Positions 28,105 to 42,402 of a DNA stretch of 64,000 nt are shown piece after piece. This DNA comes from Eledone cirrhosa. Its lineage: Eukaryota. Made by a program: the position numbers and the translations under genes. Below the pieces are notes generated by a model. The model had not been told where the DNA came from. It did not search any database and worked only from the letters and a program-made list of their open reading frames with translations. Within the stretch, counting starts at the first letter, position 1. Every line of letters starts with the position of its first letter. Location: contig OZ024743.1 in NCBI GenBank assembly GCA_964016885.1, forward strand, positions 226,486,001 to 226,550,000, written 5' to 3'.

Positions 28105-28468
28105 AATGGTTTCTGATTTAGGCACAAGGCCAGCAATTTTAAGGGAAGGGGAAGTCGATTAAATCGACACTCGTGCAATACTGGTACTTTATTTTATTGA
28201 CCCCTTAATTATGAAAGGCATACCTAACCTTGGTGGAATTTGATCTAAGAACGCAATGGGTCATAAGTCTATGGCGCATAGCATGGTTTCTCATGCTCTA
28301 CCGATTCCTTCAACCAAACGCCCTAATAATACTGATTTCTTTATTTATAATAATACTAATACTAATATTAATGATTCTTTCTAGCATTGGCACAACGCCA
28401 GCAGTTTTCGGAAAGATGAATCTCGATTATATCGACCGCAGTATGTTACTGGTACTTTATTTTATCGT
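28105..28468 (-). mobile_element. SINE family A, one full copy plus one partial copy
   Basis: TTTAGGCACAAGGCCAGCAATTTT tail and core, with a second tail from about 28375. Confidence 0.85.
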
Positions 28469-30948
28469 AGCAACTAGAGCCGAAATTATTAACGAAAATA
28501 CAATGAACAGGTTCAGTGATGATTTATATATAAACACTCCTGTAAGGGAAGAAAAGAGGCAAAAATTAACAGTAAACTGATAACAATAATAGAGATGATC
28601 ACCATTTAGAGGTAAATTAAGAATCCCACAGATATGAAACAAACTGGATCAAAAAGAACATCATAGATCAACTTTCCTCTTCTTTCCCTATAACAAAGAC
28701 ACGCCTAGCAAAAGGCAATTATACCCATTCACCATTTAAGGACCATCTGTAAATGTCATGGTCTGCTACTCCTCAACTTACAGTACTGGGAATTATTCCG
28801 TCTTTTTCTTTCTATTCGACCGTTTATCTCTTTCTCACTTTCTTTTCAAAATCGACTGCCCCATGCTGTGAGAAATGCGTCGATAATCACACAAAATATA
28901 TCTTTCAGGCAAGACAACCACTTCCCCTTTCTCTTAGTGGACGAATATCATTACTTTGGCTCTTGTAGCGTGCAAACCATCGCGATGACGATGGCTATCT
29001 CAAAACAATAGGATATATTTGATAATGTATGGTTATTACTAGAATGACTTCATTCATATATCTAAACGATAAGGTCTTATGTGGAACTAAAATCAAACAA
29101 ACAGGCAAAAGACAATCACAACATCATTACAGGCACCGTCTACCTTACCATATACCGCTACTGTAAACATAGCAACATACTATATTATTACCGCCACTAC
29201 AGCTACCTCCAATTTCCTCATACATAGTATCAAACAACTCTATGACCACCACTTCAACCAGCAGCTTTCGCTACCACTAGATTAAAACGACGATTCATAC
29301 AACACTGTCACTACAGGCCTCAGCTGCAGACCCCCACATACAGATCTTAATGTGATACAAACACCAGTGCCATCACCACTACTCCCACAAACATATCCAA
29401 AACATTACTTAAATTACGACAAGCGCCAATTACACATCACCCCCTCTACCACCACCACTCTCACCCCACCACCTCTACATCACTGTCGCCATTATCAACA
29501 ACAGCAACAACAACCATATCACCATCAATAAACAACTATAATCAACAGTACCATAACACCAAAACTAGCAAGATCGGCACAAGCACCGGAACCACCATCA
29601 CTACTAGTTCACAAACAACATTACCAGAAGCACATTTTACAGCCGAAACATCAACACTATCCTAACAACAACCATCAACAACGACGTAGTTCTAGCCACC
29701 ACAATGATATACACCCAACTTTACGAAAGACAACGGCAGCAACACCATAACTATAAAAAACCTCCCCAAATCATTACCACAAACATGAACAGCCGTCGCC
29801 ACCATAATGGCCACCATGAACACGACTTCCAACATTACAATCTCCCGCCAACACCATATACTAACATCTCCAACATCACCACAACTATTACTAATAACAA
29901 TAACAAAACAAACAAACAATCCCCGTAAAAAAATACAATAAGATTAAACCTTCCCATCAGTATTCATGAATCTAAATATGCAAATGCGATGCACTGTTTG
30001 TCAAGAGATAGAGAGAACAAAAGACCAATGTTTTCACAAGTGAACATTTCTTCCTTATAAAACCGAAGAGTGCTTGCAACTTTTCATAAAATTTCTGGTT
30101 TAATATTCAATGCAAATTGCTTTAAAATGTTTCACAACAGTGTGCCTCCATTAATGTAAAATTTATCAGGGAGGCACGAACGTTTGAGAAGGCCAGTGAT
30201 TAGCGCAGGACACATACAGTTGCATAGAAATAAACATGTGTTTTCATTGCGTAGAAAAAGAAAAGATGATGACCATGAGATCGAACTTAAGAAATAGATT
30301 CCTCTGGTGTTTCCTGTACAGATACTGTTTCCCAGTTACATATACTGGCAAGAGGAGACGGGATTTGAATTCAGAACGCACTGACCCCTACTCAGCCGAA
30401 TCATCACCCTTCCAATGGTAACTAATTTATCGACTCCGAAAGGATAAAAAGCAAATTTGATCTCGATGGGATTCGAACGCAGAAAACAGTGAGCCGGAAC
30501 AGAGGTGTTTACTTCACATCTCTCAAATTGTAGAGGGTCCAACTTTGCAGTTCATCTTATTGTGGATGATAAATAAACAACCAGGGATGGCTGGTTGATT
30601 AGTAGAATATTTGAAAATTAGAATGCGATTCATTGCAGAATTCTATTCTGTTGCGTTCTGAATTCGCCTATCGAAACTTTGATGTCAAGCACTCGTATCG
30701 AAGTCGTTCCTTTGCTTTGAAAAAATGGGGCCAGGAGAAGGAAGACTTTTATGCAGGACTGACAGACGATGGTTCGAAAGACCTTGACCTGACATGTATC
30801 GTAGAGAGGAATTTTCTATTTCCATATGCATGGCCTCATGATAGATACACAGGTACCAGACACAGGTTAAAATTTAATTACTTTCATTACTTTCTGAGTA
30901 TTCAAAAATTGTTTCTCCAGAAATAACTTATAATTAAAACAAACTCTC

Positions 30949-31025
<77 letters not shown>

Positions 31026-32139
31026 TACTTTTAGAGGACTAGAATTGTTCGATACGTAAGACAGCATCAGTTCTAGTCCTGTAAATATCATTTCTATAAT
31101 AAAATGAATATATAGATAGATTGATATATATATATATATATATATAATATATATACCAATTTTAGTACACCATTAACGAAGCTTTAGATTGCGGCCAAGC
31201 TAACGAATCCAAATTTGGTATGTAGCTTTAGCACTCGATAGGGAATAGTACCCCAGAGTAATAACAATACATTTAGACAGCTTTGCAAATCAAATATAGC
31301 AATCGGCAGTCCAGCCGCATTGCCACAACAACGAAAATGGTTGGACTCAGGAAAAGATTTTAGACTGCCCTGGACCAAGCGCGGAAACCGAATCCAATAT
31401 ATAATGCATATCGTAAAGCATACGATATACATCACATACAACACACACCATCCACACTAGGTTTCTGTAAATCCGAAATCGACTAATTCCGCTTGCAGGC
31501 GTCTGCAAGTTAATGGTCTTTGACGACAGAACAAAAGATTTACTTCTTCAACAAGTCTTGCGTTCTTTAGCCTCTGCGGGTGTGTTCTAGCAGTAAATTT
31601 CGCTATAGACACGTGGTTTTCTCCACGGGAGGTAACCCCCGTTTTGGCGGTGAATTCGAAATTTGAGACAAAAGAATGAAATTCCCAGAGAGAGAAAGAA
31701 AGAGAGAAATAGTAAATGTATCAATATTTCGGACATAAGAGGGAGCATGGCCGGTTCTATTCAATTGGCAGTAGAACTAAGACAGCGTTTAAGCGTAATA
31801 GAGGTGTATATGACAGCATATATGAACGTATATAAAACAATCTTATGCAATAAATATATGGGGAGCCTAGCTGCCGAAGAGAAATACAGAAAACAAAAAA
31901 ATAAATGATTATATTTTTCTCAAGAGAAAATAGAACCGCCATTTAAGTATGACAGGCAAATCTCGCAGTATAATCAATTGGCCACTTCCAGCCGATATTT
32001 TCTGCTTTGCCATATGCAAATGAGCAGCCCGAGCTAGTGGAAATCACGCAAATTTCTATATAGACTATAAGTCAAATTCATGCCAGAACGTTCTGTGTGA
32101 GTCTCTCTGATGAAAGATTAACAAAGCTTGAAACAGTTG

Positions 32140-32932
32140 TATGAAAAGTTCATAGGCTGACTATGAAGGAGTGATGCTAGAGCTAAGAAAACTTGCATGC
32201 ATTAATTTTAACTCTTCGTATTAATAACTGAATTGTTCTATTCCAGGTGAACTGGCATCTAATTGTTCAAAGAGGACGTCAAATGTAACTAGTAGTGAAT
32301 TCTTTTGAAAATGGACAAAATTTGGCAGTGGTGTTTAGAAAAAAGTGTTTAGCCCCCAAAGACATTCTTGCTGAATTGGTGACTACATTAGAAGAGGGTG
32401 ACCTCAATTTGGGGAGTATACTAAAGGCATTGTGTATATTGACTATGTTCAAAAGCTCTACACCATCAATCGAGAGTACTATGCCAAATTGTTGCGGCAG
32501 TTACAAAAGGCTATCAAGAACAAATGAGCAGGAAAACTGACGAAAGGAGTCTTGTTTCATCAAGACAATTCTACAGCGCACAAGTCATTGGCTTCAATAG
32601 GTGCTGTGCATGACTGTGTCTTAGAATTGGTTGATCCTGGTCCCTCTCCCCATTCTCCTGATTTGGCCGCATTTGACTATTATCTGTTCCCCAACATGAA
32701 ACATCACTTGGCTGAGAACCAGTATGACAGTGATGATGATGTCATAACTTCTGCTGATGAATGTTTTCACCAACGGGATGGAATCTTCTTCACCAATGGG
32801 ACCCAAGCATTACAACTCCGATGGAAGAAGCGTGTAGATTGCAAGGGAGAAGATGTTGAAATATAAGCCTCATTTATTCATATTCCATGAGAGTATCTTG
32901 GTCAGCGAATGAACAATTCAGCCGCCCTCGTA
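32140..32932 (+). mobile_element. Internally deleted mariner element with transposase remnants (32295-32866)
   Basis: FHQDNSTAHKS..PHSPDLAAFDYYLFPNMK resembles mariner HDNA..HPPYSPDLAPSDY; partial TIRs TGAAAAGTTCATAGGCTGAC and GTCAGCGAATGAACAATTCAGCCGCCCTCG-TA. Confidence 0.88.
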
Positions 32933-33054
32933 TGTATAAGCTTCTCTGAATTAGATATATTTTAGTGAACTTTACATTCTGATGATTTCTATACTCGTGA
33001 AAAATACAGATGATATATATGATATATGATATATGATATATATATATATATATA

Positions 33055-33285
33055 TATTAGAAAATGAGGTTTTTTTACGAAATGAAAAAAAGATGAGATG
33101 TCCTATACGATTGAAAGTAGTTTTGAGATGGAACGTTTGTGGTTTTTCTCGAGAAAAACCACAAATCCTCCATCTCAATTCTACTTTTGAAAAGCACAAG
33201 AACTGCGAAACCGGTAAAGGAACCAAATAAATATTCTTTAAAAACACTCCAGTTGAATTTCCGATTTTATTTTTTTTTCCTTTAT
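33055..33285. repeat. Rearranged palindromic fragment of the family also at 40508-40908
   Basis: Shared CTACTTTTGAAAAGCACAAGAACTGCGAAACCGGTAAAGGAACC; internal palindrome centred on TTTTTCTC|GAGAAAAA. Confidence 0.8.
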
Positions 33286-33550
33286 ATATATATATATAAA
33301 TGAAAGTTATAGAAAGTATTGTAGCAAGAAGCCAACAGTATCCCATAGTATATAAGTGACTATAGCGTCAAAATGGGAAAATAGTTAACGTAAGATGTGG
33401 GAAAAATAATTCAAACTCAATTCAAAAAGAATCAGGATATAGATTTATCCAACAGAATTTAGTGAAATCCAGGGAAAAATCAATAGAGCCTTAACTCATG
33501 ATAAAATAAAGTTTAAAATACTTATCCGTCAATTTGGAACAACTACAAAT

Positions 33551-33633
33551 GCTCTGTATAGTCTTGAAAAAGACTATTTCACGTAAACTTTCAGTGGAGA
33601 TGGTCACGGTTGGAATACGATCCTCAGCAGAGC
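33551..33633 (-). ncRNA. Type I hammerhead ribozyme (637-bp unit, copy 1)
   Basis: GCUCUG-CUGAGGA-U.CGUA..UACG.U-GAAA-UAGUCUU-UUUC-AAGACUA-UA^CAGAGC; 6-bp stem I and 8-bp stem III. Confidence 0.85.
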
Positions 33634-34187
33634 TCAACACGATAGCCAGATTCTCACTGATTAATATGCCAAAAAGAGAATTTAAAAGCAGGCTAGTTTA
33701 CCATCATGCGTGATTATGAAAATAAAACGCACATGTGGAAAAACAGGGCTGGTGACGTCATAATGAGACGAATGTTTGTTTACATGAAACAACAGTCAAA
33801 AACATTCCGAAAAAAAACTCTACAATAAGGAGTTCAGCAAAAAGCAATATTATCGCGGTTTTAAAAAAAAAAATACCGGGATTAGTCACAAATAATTTAA
33901 GCACTCTAGGAAAGAAATCCGAGTATAAATATATAAATGAAAGTTATAGAAAGTATTGTAGCAAGAAGCCAACAGTATTCCATAATATATAAGTGACTAT
34001 AGCGTCAAAATGGGAAAATAGTTAACTTAAAATATGGGAAAAATAATTCAAACTCAATTCAAAAAGAATCAGGATATAGATTTATCCAACAGAATTTAGT
34101 GAAATCCAGGGAAAAATCAATAGAGCCTTAACTCATGATAAAATAAAGTTTAAAATACTTATCCGTCAATTTGGAACAACTACAAAT

Positions 34188-34270
34188 GCTCTGTATAGTC
34201 TTGAAAAAGACTATTTCACGTAAACTTTCAGTGGAGATGGTCACGGTTGGAATACGATCCTCAGCAGAGC
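34188..34270 (-). ncRNA. Type I hammerhead ribozyme (637-bp unit, copy 2)
   Basis: Identical to copy 1, offset by 637 bp. Confidence 0.85.
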
Positions 34271-35278
34271 TCAACACGATAGCCAGATTCTCACTGATTA
34301 ATATGCCAAAAAGAGAATTTAAAAGCAGGCTAGTTTACCATCATGCGTGATTATGAAAATAAAACGCACATGTGGAAAAACAGGGCTGGTGACGTCATAA
34401 TGAGACGAATGTTTGTTTACATGAAACAACAGTCAAAAACATTCCGAAAAAAAACTCTACAATAAGGAGTTCAGCAAAAAGCAATATTATCGCGGTTTTT
34501 AAAAAAAAAATACCGGGATTAGTCACAAATAATTTAAGCACTCTAGGAAAGAAATCCGAGTATAAATATATAAATGAAAGTTATAGAAAGTATTGTAGCA
34601 AGAAGCCAACAGTATTCCATAATATATAAGTGACTATAGCGTCAAAATGGGAAAATAGTTAACTTAAAATATGGGAAAAATAATTCAAACTCAATTCAAA
34701 AAGAATCAGGATATAGATTTATCCAACAGAATTTAGTGAAATCCAGGGAAAAATCAATAGAGCCTTAACTCATGATAAAATAAAGTTTAAAATACTCATC
34801 CTTCAATTTGGGACAACTACAAATGCTCTGTATAGTCTTCAAATACAATATATAGAGGGGAAAGACACAGAAGAGTGTGTTTTTCTTACACGAATTTCAA
34901 ACCACCAGCGTGAAAAGAATATAAGCTAATAGAGGCATAGGAAAAACATTAAAATTAAAAGTATAAATTAAAATGAGAAACCAACCTCATACCTAGGTCA
35001 CACATGTACAAACTCACCAGGAATGTTTCGCCATTGAAGTTGGTTCCAATTCGGCCCTGTGTGTCATCAGTATGTGGAAGGCCAATATTGTCCGCACTAC
35101 TAGAGAGAACTAAAGTAAACTACCTGTCGCACGTGTAGATATGAGGGAAATGCGTGCGCGAGACAGTAACCGGTGTCTTTCCCTTCTATATATTGTATTT
35201 TAAAGTGCCCAGGAAAACTATTTCCTTTGAGCCCATTTAATTACAGGATTAGACGCGAGTCCTTTGCTCTGTTATTTT

Positions 35279-35315
<37 letters not shown>

Positions 35316-35323
<8 letters not shown>

Positions 35324-36114
35324 AAGTTAGTCCTTCATCAGTGATCTTCCAACCATCATTGGTATTTCATCGCTTTAAAGACCATATACCTCCGGTTGGT
35401 GCGAGCAACGGCTAAAAAAAGTCGTTGGGACACGTAAATAAAGGGGACACGAGAGTGTAAACAAACAAAGATGGTGAAGCAACGAAAAGTGAGGAAGGAA
35501 GAGTCAAGTCCCAAATTTCCATGAATATAAGTTCGGTGAAATCGTGAACGAGAGAGAATAAAGACCATCAAACCTGGTTGGAATGTGAGCAAGGAAGGAA
35601 TTCCGTACAGGTCTAACGGGATGAAGAAGGAATCTAGTTTGTGAATTCGGTGAACATAAGTTCTGTGAAATCGTAGACGAGAGAGAGAAAAACAGCGAAC
35701 CTGCCTGACCAAGGGTGCGAAAGAAAAGAATTACGCACAGGTCAAACGGGAAGAAGGAGGAGGAGGAGAGGTAGTAACAGAGAGTGAGTGAGTGAAGGGC
35801 GAGGAAGAGGCTAACAGAGAGAGTGACTGTTAGAGAGGGTAAAGATATAGAGAAAGAGGAAGCAGTAAGAACGAAATAGACGGGTCACAGCAGGGGAAAA
35901 AATATGTGTAAATATGAGAATAAACGTGCTGCGTGGTTGCTAATGGGTTACATATGAAAAAGTTAGTCCTTCATCAGTGATCTTCCAACCATCATTGGTA
36001 TTTCATCGCTTTAAAGACCATATACCTCCGGTTGGTGCGAGCAACGGCTAAAAAAAGTCGTTGGGACACGTAAATAAAGGGGACACGAGAGTGTAAACAA
36101 ACAAAGGTGGTGAA
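35316..36114 (-). repeat. Partial tandem (636-bp period, about 160-bp direct repeats); related fragment at 50810-50948
   Basis: ATATGAAAAAGTTAGTCCTTCATCAGTG..GGTGAA at 35316-35478 and 35952-36114. Confidence 0.85.
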
Positions 36115-36600
36115 ATATATATAAATGGAATAGAATGAAACGAAATTTCATTTCTCACTCTTAGTACGGCACTTACTTAAATGTAAGTATGTATGTATAC
36201 GTACATACATATATGTATACAGACGTACAGTAGTATGTATATATATACATACATGCACACATATATATATGCACGTATCGGTTTACCGAACATTTATTAT
36301 AATGCTCGGCTTGTTTGTTTGTAAACAAACAAAGAGCCCGAATTACGCTGTACAGTGTTTAGGCAACCACGTCACCTTTTTGCTCAGCACTGACACAGGA
36401 ACGATGTACTAGTTTGAAGCTTATTAGCTATCGTCAGCATCTTATACCTTCCTGCCATATGGTTGAACGTCTGAAAGTATATACTTTCCTTATGCATACT
36501 AACGGCTGAGCAGCCTAATTTGCATATCGAGTGAGTTCAGTCGGCCGGGCGCACCGAAAACGATATATACATACGTCTGTATACATATATGTATGTACGT

Positions 36601-36668
<68 letters not shown>

Positions 36669-36940
36669 TAAATCATGTCCTTAGAATTATTAGATAAAGT
36701 ATATACCATTTCCTCTCCCAATTAGCATAATTAACCATATAAAGAATCAATTAGACCAAGCTATAAGAAGAAAGGCTCCTATGAAGAAATCTCCGACAAA
36801 TAACCGAAAGTGGCTTTATCTAATAATTCTAAGGACATGATTTATGATATATTGCTCTGATTATTTAATTTATTAATTCTTCATAGAGCCCAAAAGTGAC
36901 CGGTTGCAACATATATCTATAACTTTATGTATATGTAAAC

Positions 36941-37020
<80 letters not shown>

Positions 37021-37357
37021 ATATATATGTATATATCAGAAAGGATGTGGCAAATAAACATGTGGACCATAACCCACCAGAGTACTCGATGTTTCGAGTA
37101 GTAGCGGGTGATAGGAAAAGATTCAGGACCCCGACAACTGAGTTCCGGCCGTTTCGACATATATATAGAATGTTGAGAAGTGACTCAAGAGTTGATATAT
37201 ATTAGGAAAATAAGAAAAAAAGTAGAAAATAATAATAGAATTTTCTCATTGAAAAACAAAAACATTTAAAAAAAAAAAATGATTTAAAAGAAAAATTGTT
37301 TTTCTATTTGTCAATGAGAAAATTCTATTAGAATTTTCTACATTTTTTCTTATTTTC

Positions 37358-37419
<62 letters not shown>

Positions 37420-37902
37420 CATATACGTATATGTATTCTTATATGTATACATATATGTTTGGTTGTCTGTCTGTATGTATGCGTGTGTATGTGATCGTGC
37501 GTGTGTTATGACCATCATCATTATAATCGGCAACATTAGTTTTCTATGCGCAAGCTAAACCATGCATATAAACCATTTAGAATATATTCTCATTCAATGA
37601 TAGGAAGATAGCGTCTATGTTAACACTGGTATTGCAAGAGCAGCCAACAAGTTAGAAACAGTGTATCAAACACGTTTGTATCTCAGGTACCTATCTCGCT
37701 TCATGTCAATTTACATATATATACAGGATAACTTTTATTTATGGCCAGATAGATAGATGGATCGATAGATATATGGTTTGGTACGGAGATCAATATAGAC
37801 ACATTAATACATACATATATGCATGTGTTTATATATCTGTCTAACTCCATGCATATTTATACCAACACACACACAAACATATATGTATATATCTATATGT
37901 TC

Positions 37903-37963
<61 letters not shown>

Positions 37964-38106
37964 TATGTATGGATATACGAAAATGTCGTACCAATACGGC
38001 TGCAGTCGAATGACTGATAATAGTAGACGGATAGAATATACATATATATATATATGTGTGTATGTTTGCGTGTATCAGTTTGTCTTTGTGTGCATGCATG
38101 TGCCCT

Positions 38107-38138
<32 letters not shown>

Positions 38139-39699
38139 TATATTTCCTGTATGTTAGAACAGCACACTATAGCCAACTATAAATTTAGTAGATAGAAAGA
38201 AGCCACATCTGGAATATCAATCATGTGATAAATGTTGATCCAGTCTGATACACAGGATATCGTATATCTGCATATCTGCTTTTCGAGGATGTCTGGAATT
38301 TATCGAAGAACTTGTTTGATTACATCCATATTAGAAAACTGGTCAAGCGATATTTATTACGACTGCTCAATAACATTATCATCACTATAGTCATATTCCT
38401 TACATCCTCCCCTTCCTCCACCTCCTCCTCATCATCATTATCATCATCATCCTCATCATCCACATCATCATCATCCTCGTCGTTGTCGCCGTCATCCTCT
38501 TCATCATCATCATCATCTGTATTATCGTCGTCATCGTCATCATCGTTATCATTATGATGATCATCATCGTCGTCATCACAAGTCGCCATCTTGAATATAG
38601 TTAATTCAGCAACAGTACAAGACTGGATTGGACGCCAATAAAACGCAGGGATACTCTCCAAGCTACTAATGGTAATTATTTTCTGTTCAGTTGTGTGGAC
38701 TCGAGCAACGTGTAACGAACCGTCTTACTGAAGGCAAAAAAAAAGCCACCAAGTTAGTGAATCAAACCAAAGACATTGCGATCTTATTTCAACAGTGGAA
38801 CCAGTAGCCTACCATTTATAGGTAGATATTCAAATATTGCCAAACCCTTACTCTATTTTATATGCCAGATCCACTTCAATGAAAATGTTCTGTTTTATTA
38901 TCCTAGAAAACACCCAAAGGTATTCCCAATATTCAATTCAAATCTCGTTAGATTTGAGACATTAGAAGAAGGTATGCCCATATATTCCAAGGAAAATCGC
39001 TTACCAATCACGTGAATCAAGAATTGTTGCCACTGTTTGATACCTTAGTGTCGATTCAATTTTGAAACTTGCTAGAGAAGTTTGTTAGATGGAAGCTACG
39101 AAAGAACATCGGATGGAGTTTAACTGCTCTTGCGCAGCAAACTGAATTGATTATCAGGTGAAACACCACCACATGCAAAAACGATCCCTTTAACAGTATC
39201 CGCACTGGTCTAAGTTTTCGGATCATGTTTCTGCTCTAAGAATATCAATATCTTCTACCCTTTATCACATCAATCTAAGAGTTCAAGACAGAGTTATCAC
39301 AACCAAATATGGGTTCAAATCTCATCAAGGTTGATTTTCATTCTATTTCCTATCGATTCAGAGACATTTCACATATATCAGTGTATTATTTGGAATATAT
39401 TATAAAAGTTAACAGCCATCCAATAGTGTATAAAAAAAGCAGGTAGACTGTACACGTTAGCCTTGGTAGTATGTCTAGGAGAATGATAAATCTGCCTTTA
39501 AACCAGGGCAGCCGCAATTGCTTGGTCTCTTTGGTGACAATCATTAAAGGGATCACAGGCTTTATCATTATGATGAAGGCGTATGTGTTGCGACACGATA
39601 GCCAGCTTCCGAGAAATTGTCGGACGAAGATTCGAGACCCACCGATGTCATATTTCTCCCAAAACGTGTGTCTAAAATCCTGTGCAAGCTTCGACTCCT

Positions 39700-39912
39700 A
39701 AGTGAAAGACCATACTAATCAGGTACTGTATTGGCACCCACATCGAAAGAGGGGAGGGGACATGTCAAGATGAACTGGCGGCAATTGAGAGAGACCTGGA
39801 ACTTTTCAACATAAGTTGGAACAATGTATTGACATATGCAACTGAACATGGTTTCGGATAACTTTGGCTGCCTCATGTATCACAAGATGCTGAAGCAGCT
39901 AAGTCTAAGTCT
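39700..39912 (+). mobile_element. Decayed 3' end of an RTE-clade LINE
   Basis: VLYWHPH..KRG-like C-terminal remnant (compare ALxWxPxGKRxRGRP) followed by a (CTAAGT)2 tail. Confidence 0.5.
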
Positions 39913-40316
39913 ATTGTCCATGGTCCTCGAGCAATGAGGATGGGAAGAGACCAGACCATACCAAATATATTCGAGACATATTTGTCTCTTATCAATAAAA
40001 AAAAATCAATAATTACTTGATCAGACATTTTGGATTTAAAGTTGATTAATAAATTGCCAAGTGCCAGATTTTTCTATAATTCTTATGTTTTTCTTTGAGA
40101 AATAAGTAGCTTATAAATAATGCCGTAAGGAACATTAAATCTATAAGCAGACAAATAAGTTTTACTCCGGTGGCAGTCAGTTTTCAGTTTATTTAATCAA
40201 ATATCGGAAGTACAGATACACATTCTCGCAAACACTCATACATACATACTGGAATGCATATATCTGAATGAATATATCTGAATGAATATATATGTATAGA
40301 CATATAAGTGTATACA

Positions 40317-40352
<36 letters not shown>

Positions 40353-40450
40353 CTGTATATATATATGTGTGTGTATGTATATACATATATATATATATAC
40401 ATACATACACATACATACATATATATGTGTATATTATATATATATATATG

Positions 40451-40506
<56 letters not shown>

Positions 40507-40507
40507 T

Positions 40508-40908
40508 ATAGGAAAAAAGATGAAATCGAAAATGCAACTGGAGTCCTTTTAAGAATATTTGTTTGGTTCCTTTACCGGTTTCGCAGTTCTTGTGCTTCCA
40601 AAAGTAGAATTAGGAAGGAGGGTTTGATGGAGGGCTTACCGGTTTCGCACTTCTTGTGCTTTTCAAAAGTAGAATTAAGATGGACGGTTTGATGGAGGGT
40701 TTACCGCATCAGATGCGAGAAAAACCACAAACCTTCTATCTCAATTCTACTTTTGAAAAGCACAAGAACTGCGAAACAGGTAAAGGAACCAAATTATTCT
40801 TAAAAAGACTCCAGTTGCATTTTCGATTTCATCTTTTTTCCTTATAGTTTCACTCATGTAGGACAACTCGCTTTTTTTCATTTTGTAAAAAAAACCTCAT
40901 TTTCTAAT
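40508..40908. repeat. Inverted and tandem rearranged repeat containing the HHR-like 3' half GAAAC-CG-GUA^AAGG
   Basis: 40510-40612 is the reverse complement of 40742-40843; 40573-40633 is duplicated at about 40636-40700. Confidence 0.8.
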
Positions 40909-40911
40909 ACA

Positions 40912-41852
40912 TCTGTATATATATAAAATTAAGTATGTGTGTGTGTGCAAGTGTGTCTGTGTGTCTGTGTATTACCAATAGGGGCCTACATCTTACGACC
41001 GATTTTCATGAAACTTTACAGGCTCATAGATTAGTCACCGGGGAGTGTTTTCTATGTAGCAGCGTATCATCTTTTTATTCCGGGGTCATTCTGCAGTTAA
41101 AATCGATAGGGGGTCACCTATTTTTATGTATCGAATAATAAGATTTTTGGCTCTGCTCCCACATTTTTCCACCGATTTCGTTTAAAATTTAAAGCAAAAT
41201 AGAATTTATCATTGCAGATCCTGTAATTGCTTTATATTTTGCATTTGTTGTTCAGGAACGGCTTGGCAGCCGCTTAAATATTCAAAAATACCACTTTTAG
41301 ACTCAAATTTCCACTTTTTCGGCTCTATCTCCAACATTAATCAACCTACTTTATTCAGATTTTACACTACGCTAGATCTGATAATTTAACGCCTTAAAGT
41401 GGCTTTACATTTTAGATTTTTTGTTCAGGAACGGTGTGGCAGCCGCTTAAATATTCGAAAATACCACCTTTTCTCTCAAATTTCCGCCTTCTCGGCACTA
41501 GCTCAGGCATTTTTCAACCGATTTCGTTCGAATTCGAAACTTCGGCTCCCCCTCACACATAAATGAATTGATTTGGTTCAACTTTTATACTACGATAGAA
41601 CCTATCATTGCACATCTTATAGTAGCTTTATACTTTGCATTTTTTATTCAGAGACTGCGTGACAGCCGTTTAACTCTTCAAAATACGATTTTTTCCACCT
41701 CCCATATATTCCATACGATTTCACTCAACATTTCGCCATTTGCTACACATTACGACCGATTTTCAAGAAACTCGCAGTCACTAAGATCAACACCTTTTCA
41801 TCAAAGCAGATATTATTTTACCTACCCAGGCAACGCTGGGTACTGCTGCTAG
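40912..41852 (+). mobile_element. Non-autonomous Helitron (copy 1)
   Basis: 5' TCTGTATATATATAAAA; 3' hairpin TACCCAGGCAACGCTGGGTA plus CTAG, between A and T; internal subrepeats. Confidence 0.85.
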
Positions 41853-42182
41853 TATATAAATATAAATATATATATTACACAAACACAAACACACACACCC
41901 ACACATTCACACACACATATACACACACACACGCACATATATATATATATATATATATATACTTGCATATATTTGTGAATCTAACATGATTTTTCGATAT
42001 CAACGAAGATTCGACAAGAAATATAATTTTATAAATATTAGTTATTCACATTACCCAAATCTGACTGAGTGAACTGCCATACCAGTGGCTTAGACAGAAG
42101 TATTTTGACGTTAGATTCTGTGACCATGTGGTACATTTATGATATATTATCTTTGTAGCAGTAATGTAATCATCCACGTCAC

Positions 42183-42220
<38 letters not shown>

Positions 42221-42402
42221 TCTCTCTCCTTCTTTATCTTTCTCTTTCTCCGTAAGCCAACGGCTTATTTTAAAAATAAAAATATCCAATACTAATAATA
42301 ATATAATTAAAGCTACAACTCCACTATCCGGGAGCTTCCAACAGTAATGGTTGTATTTTTTAAGGGTATGTCAATATTTATTTATAAAACTGATCTATAT
42401 TG

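Larger units (their letters stand above)
33293..34839 (-). mobile_element. Tandem array of a 637-bp non-coding unit (about 2.4 copies), one HHR per unit; retrozyme/PLE pLTR-like
   Basis: TGAAAGTTATAGAAAG recurs at 33301, 33938 and 34575; near-identical copies; begins at a (TA)n tract. Confidence 0.88.

Noticed and set aside
29120-29930. Strand-biased C/A-rich tract with short ORFs
   Set aside because: Low-complexity decayed (ACC/AAC)n sequence
33749-33775. Plus-strand CUGGUGA-CGUC..GAC-GAAU inside the 637-bp unit
   Set aside because: Two core violations; better explained as a TGACGTCA palindrome. The convincing HHR is on the minus strand
35015-35075. Minus-strand CUGAUGA..GAAAC hammerhead candidate
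   Set aside because: No convincing stem I or stem II pairing
38320-38661. Acidic poly-D/E ORF; likewise the poly-H ORF 8699-9046 and 42477-42839
   Set aside because: Derived from (ATC/GAT)n trinucleotide repeats; no domain or splice support
38580-39250. Possible decayed transposase or pseudogene
   Set aside because: Only faint resemblance to known motifs; unsupported
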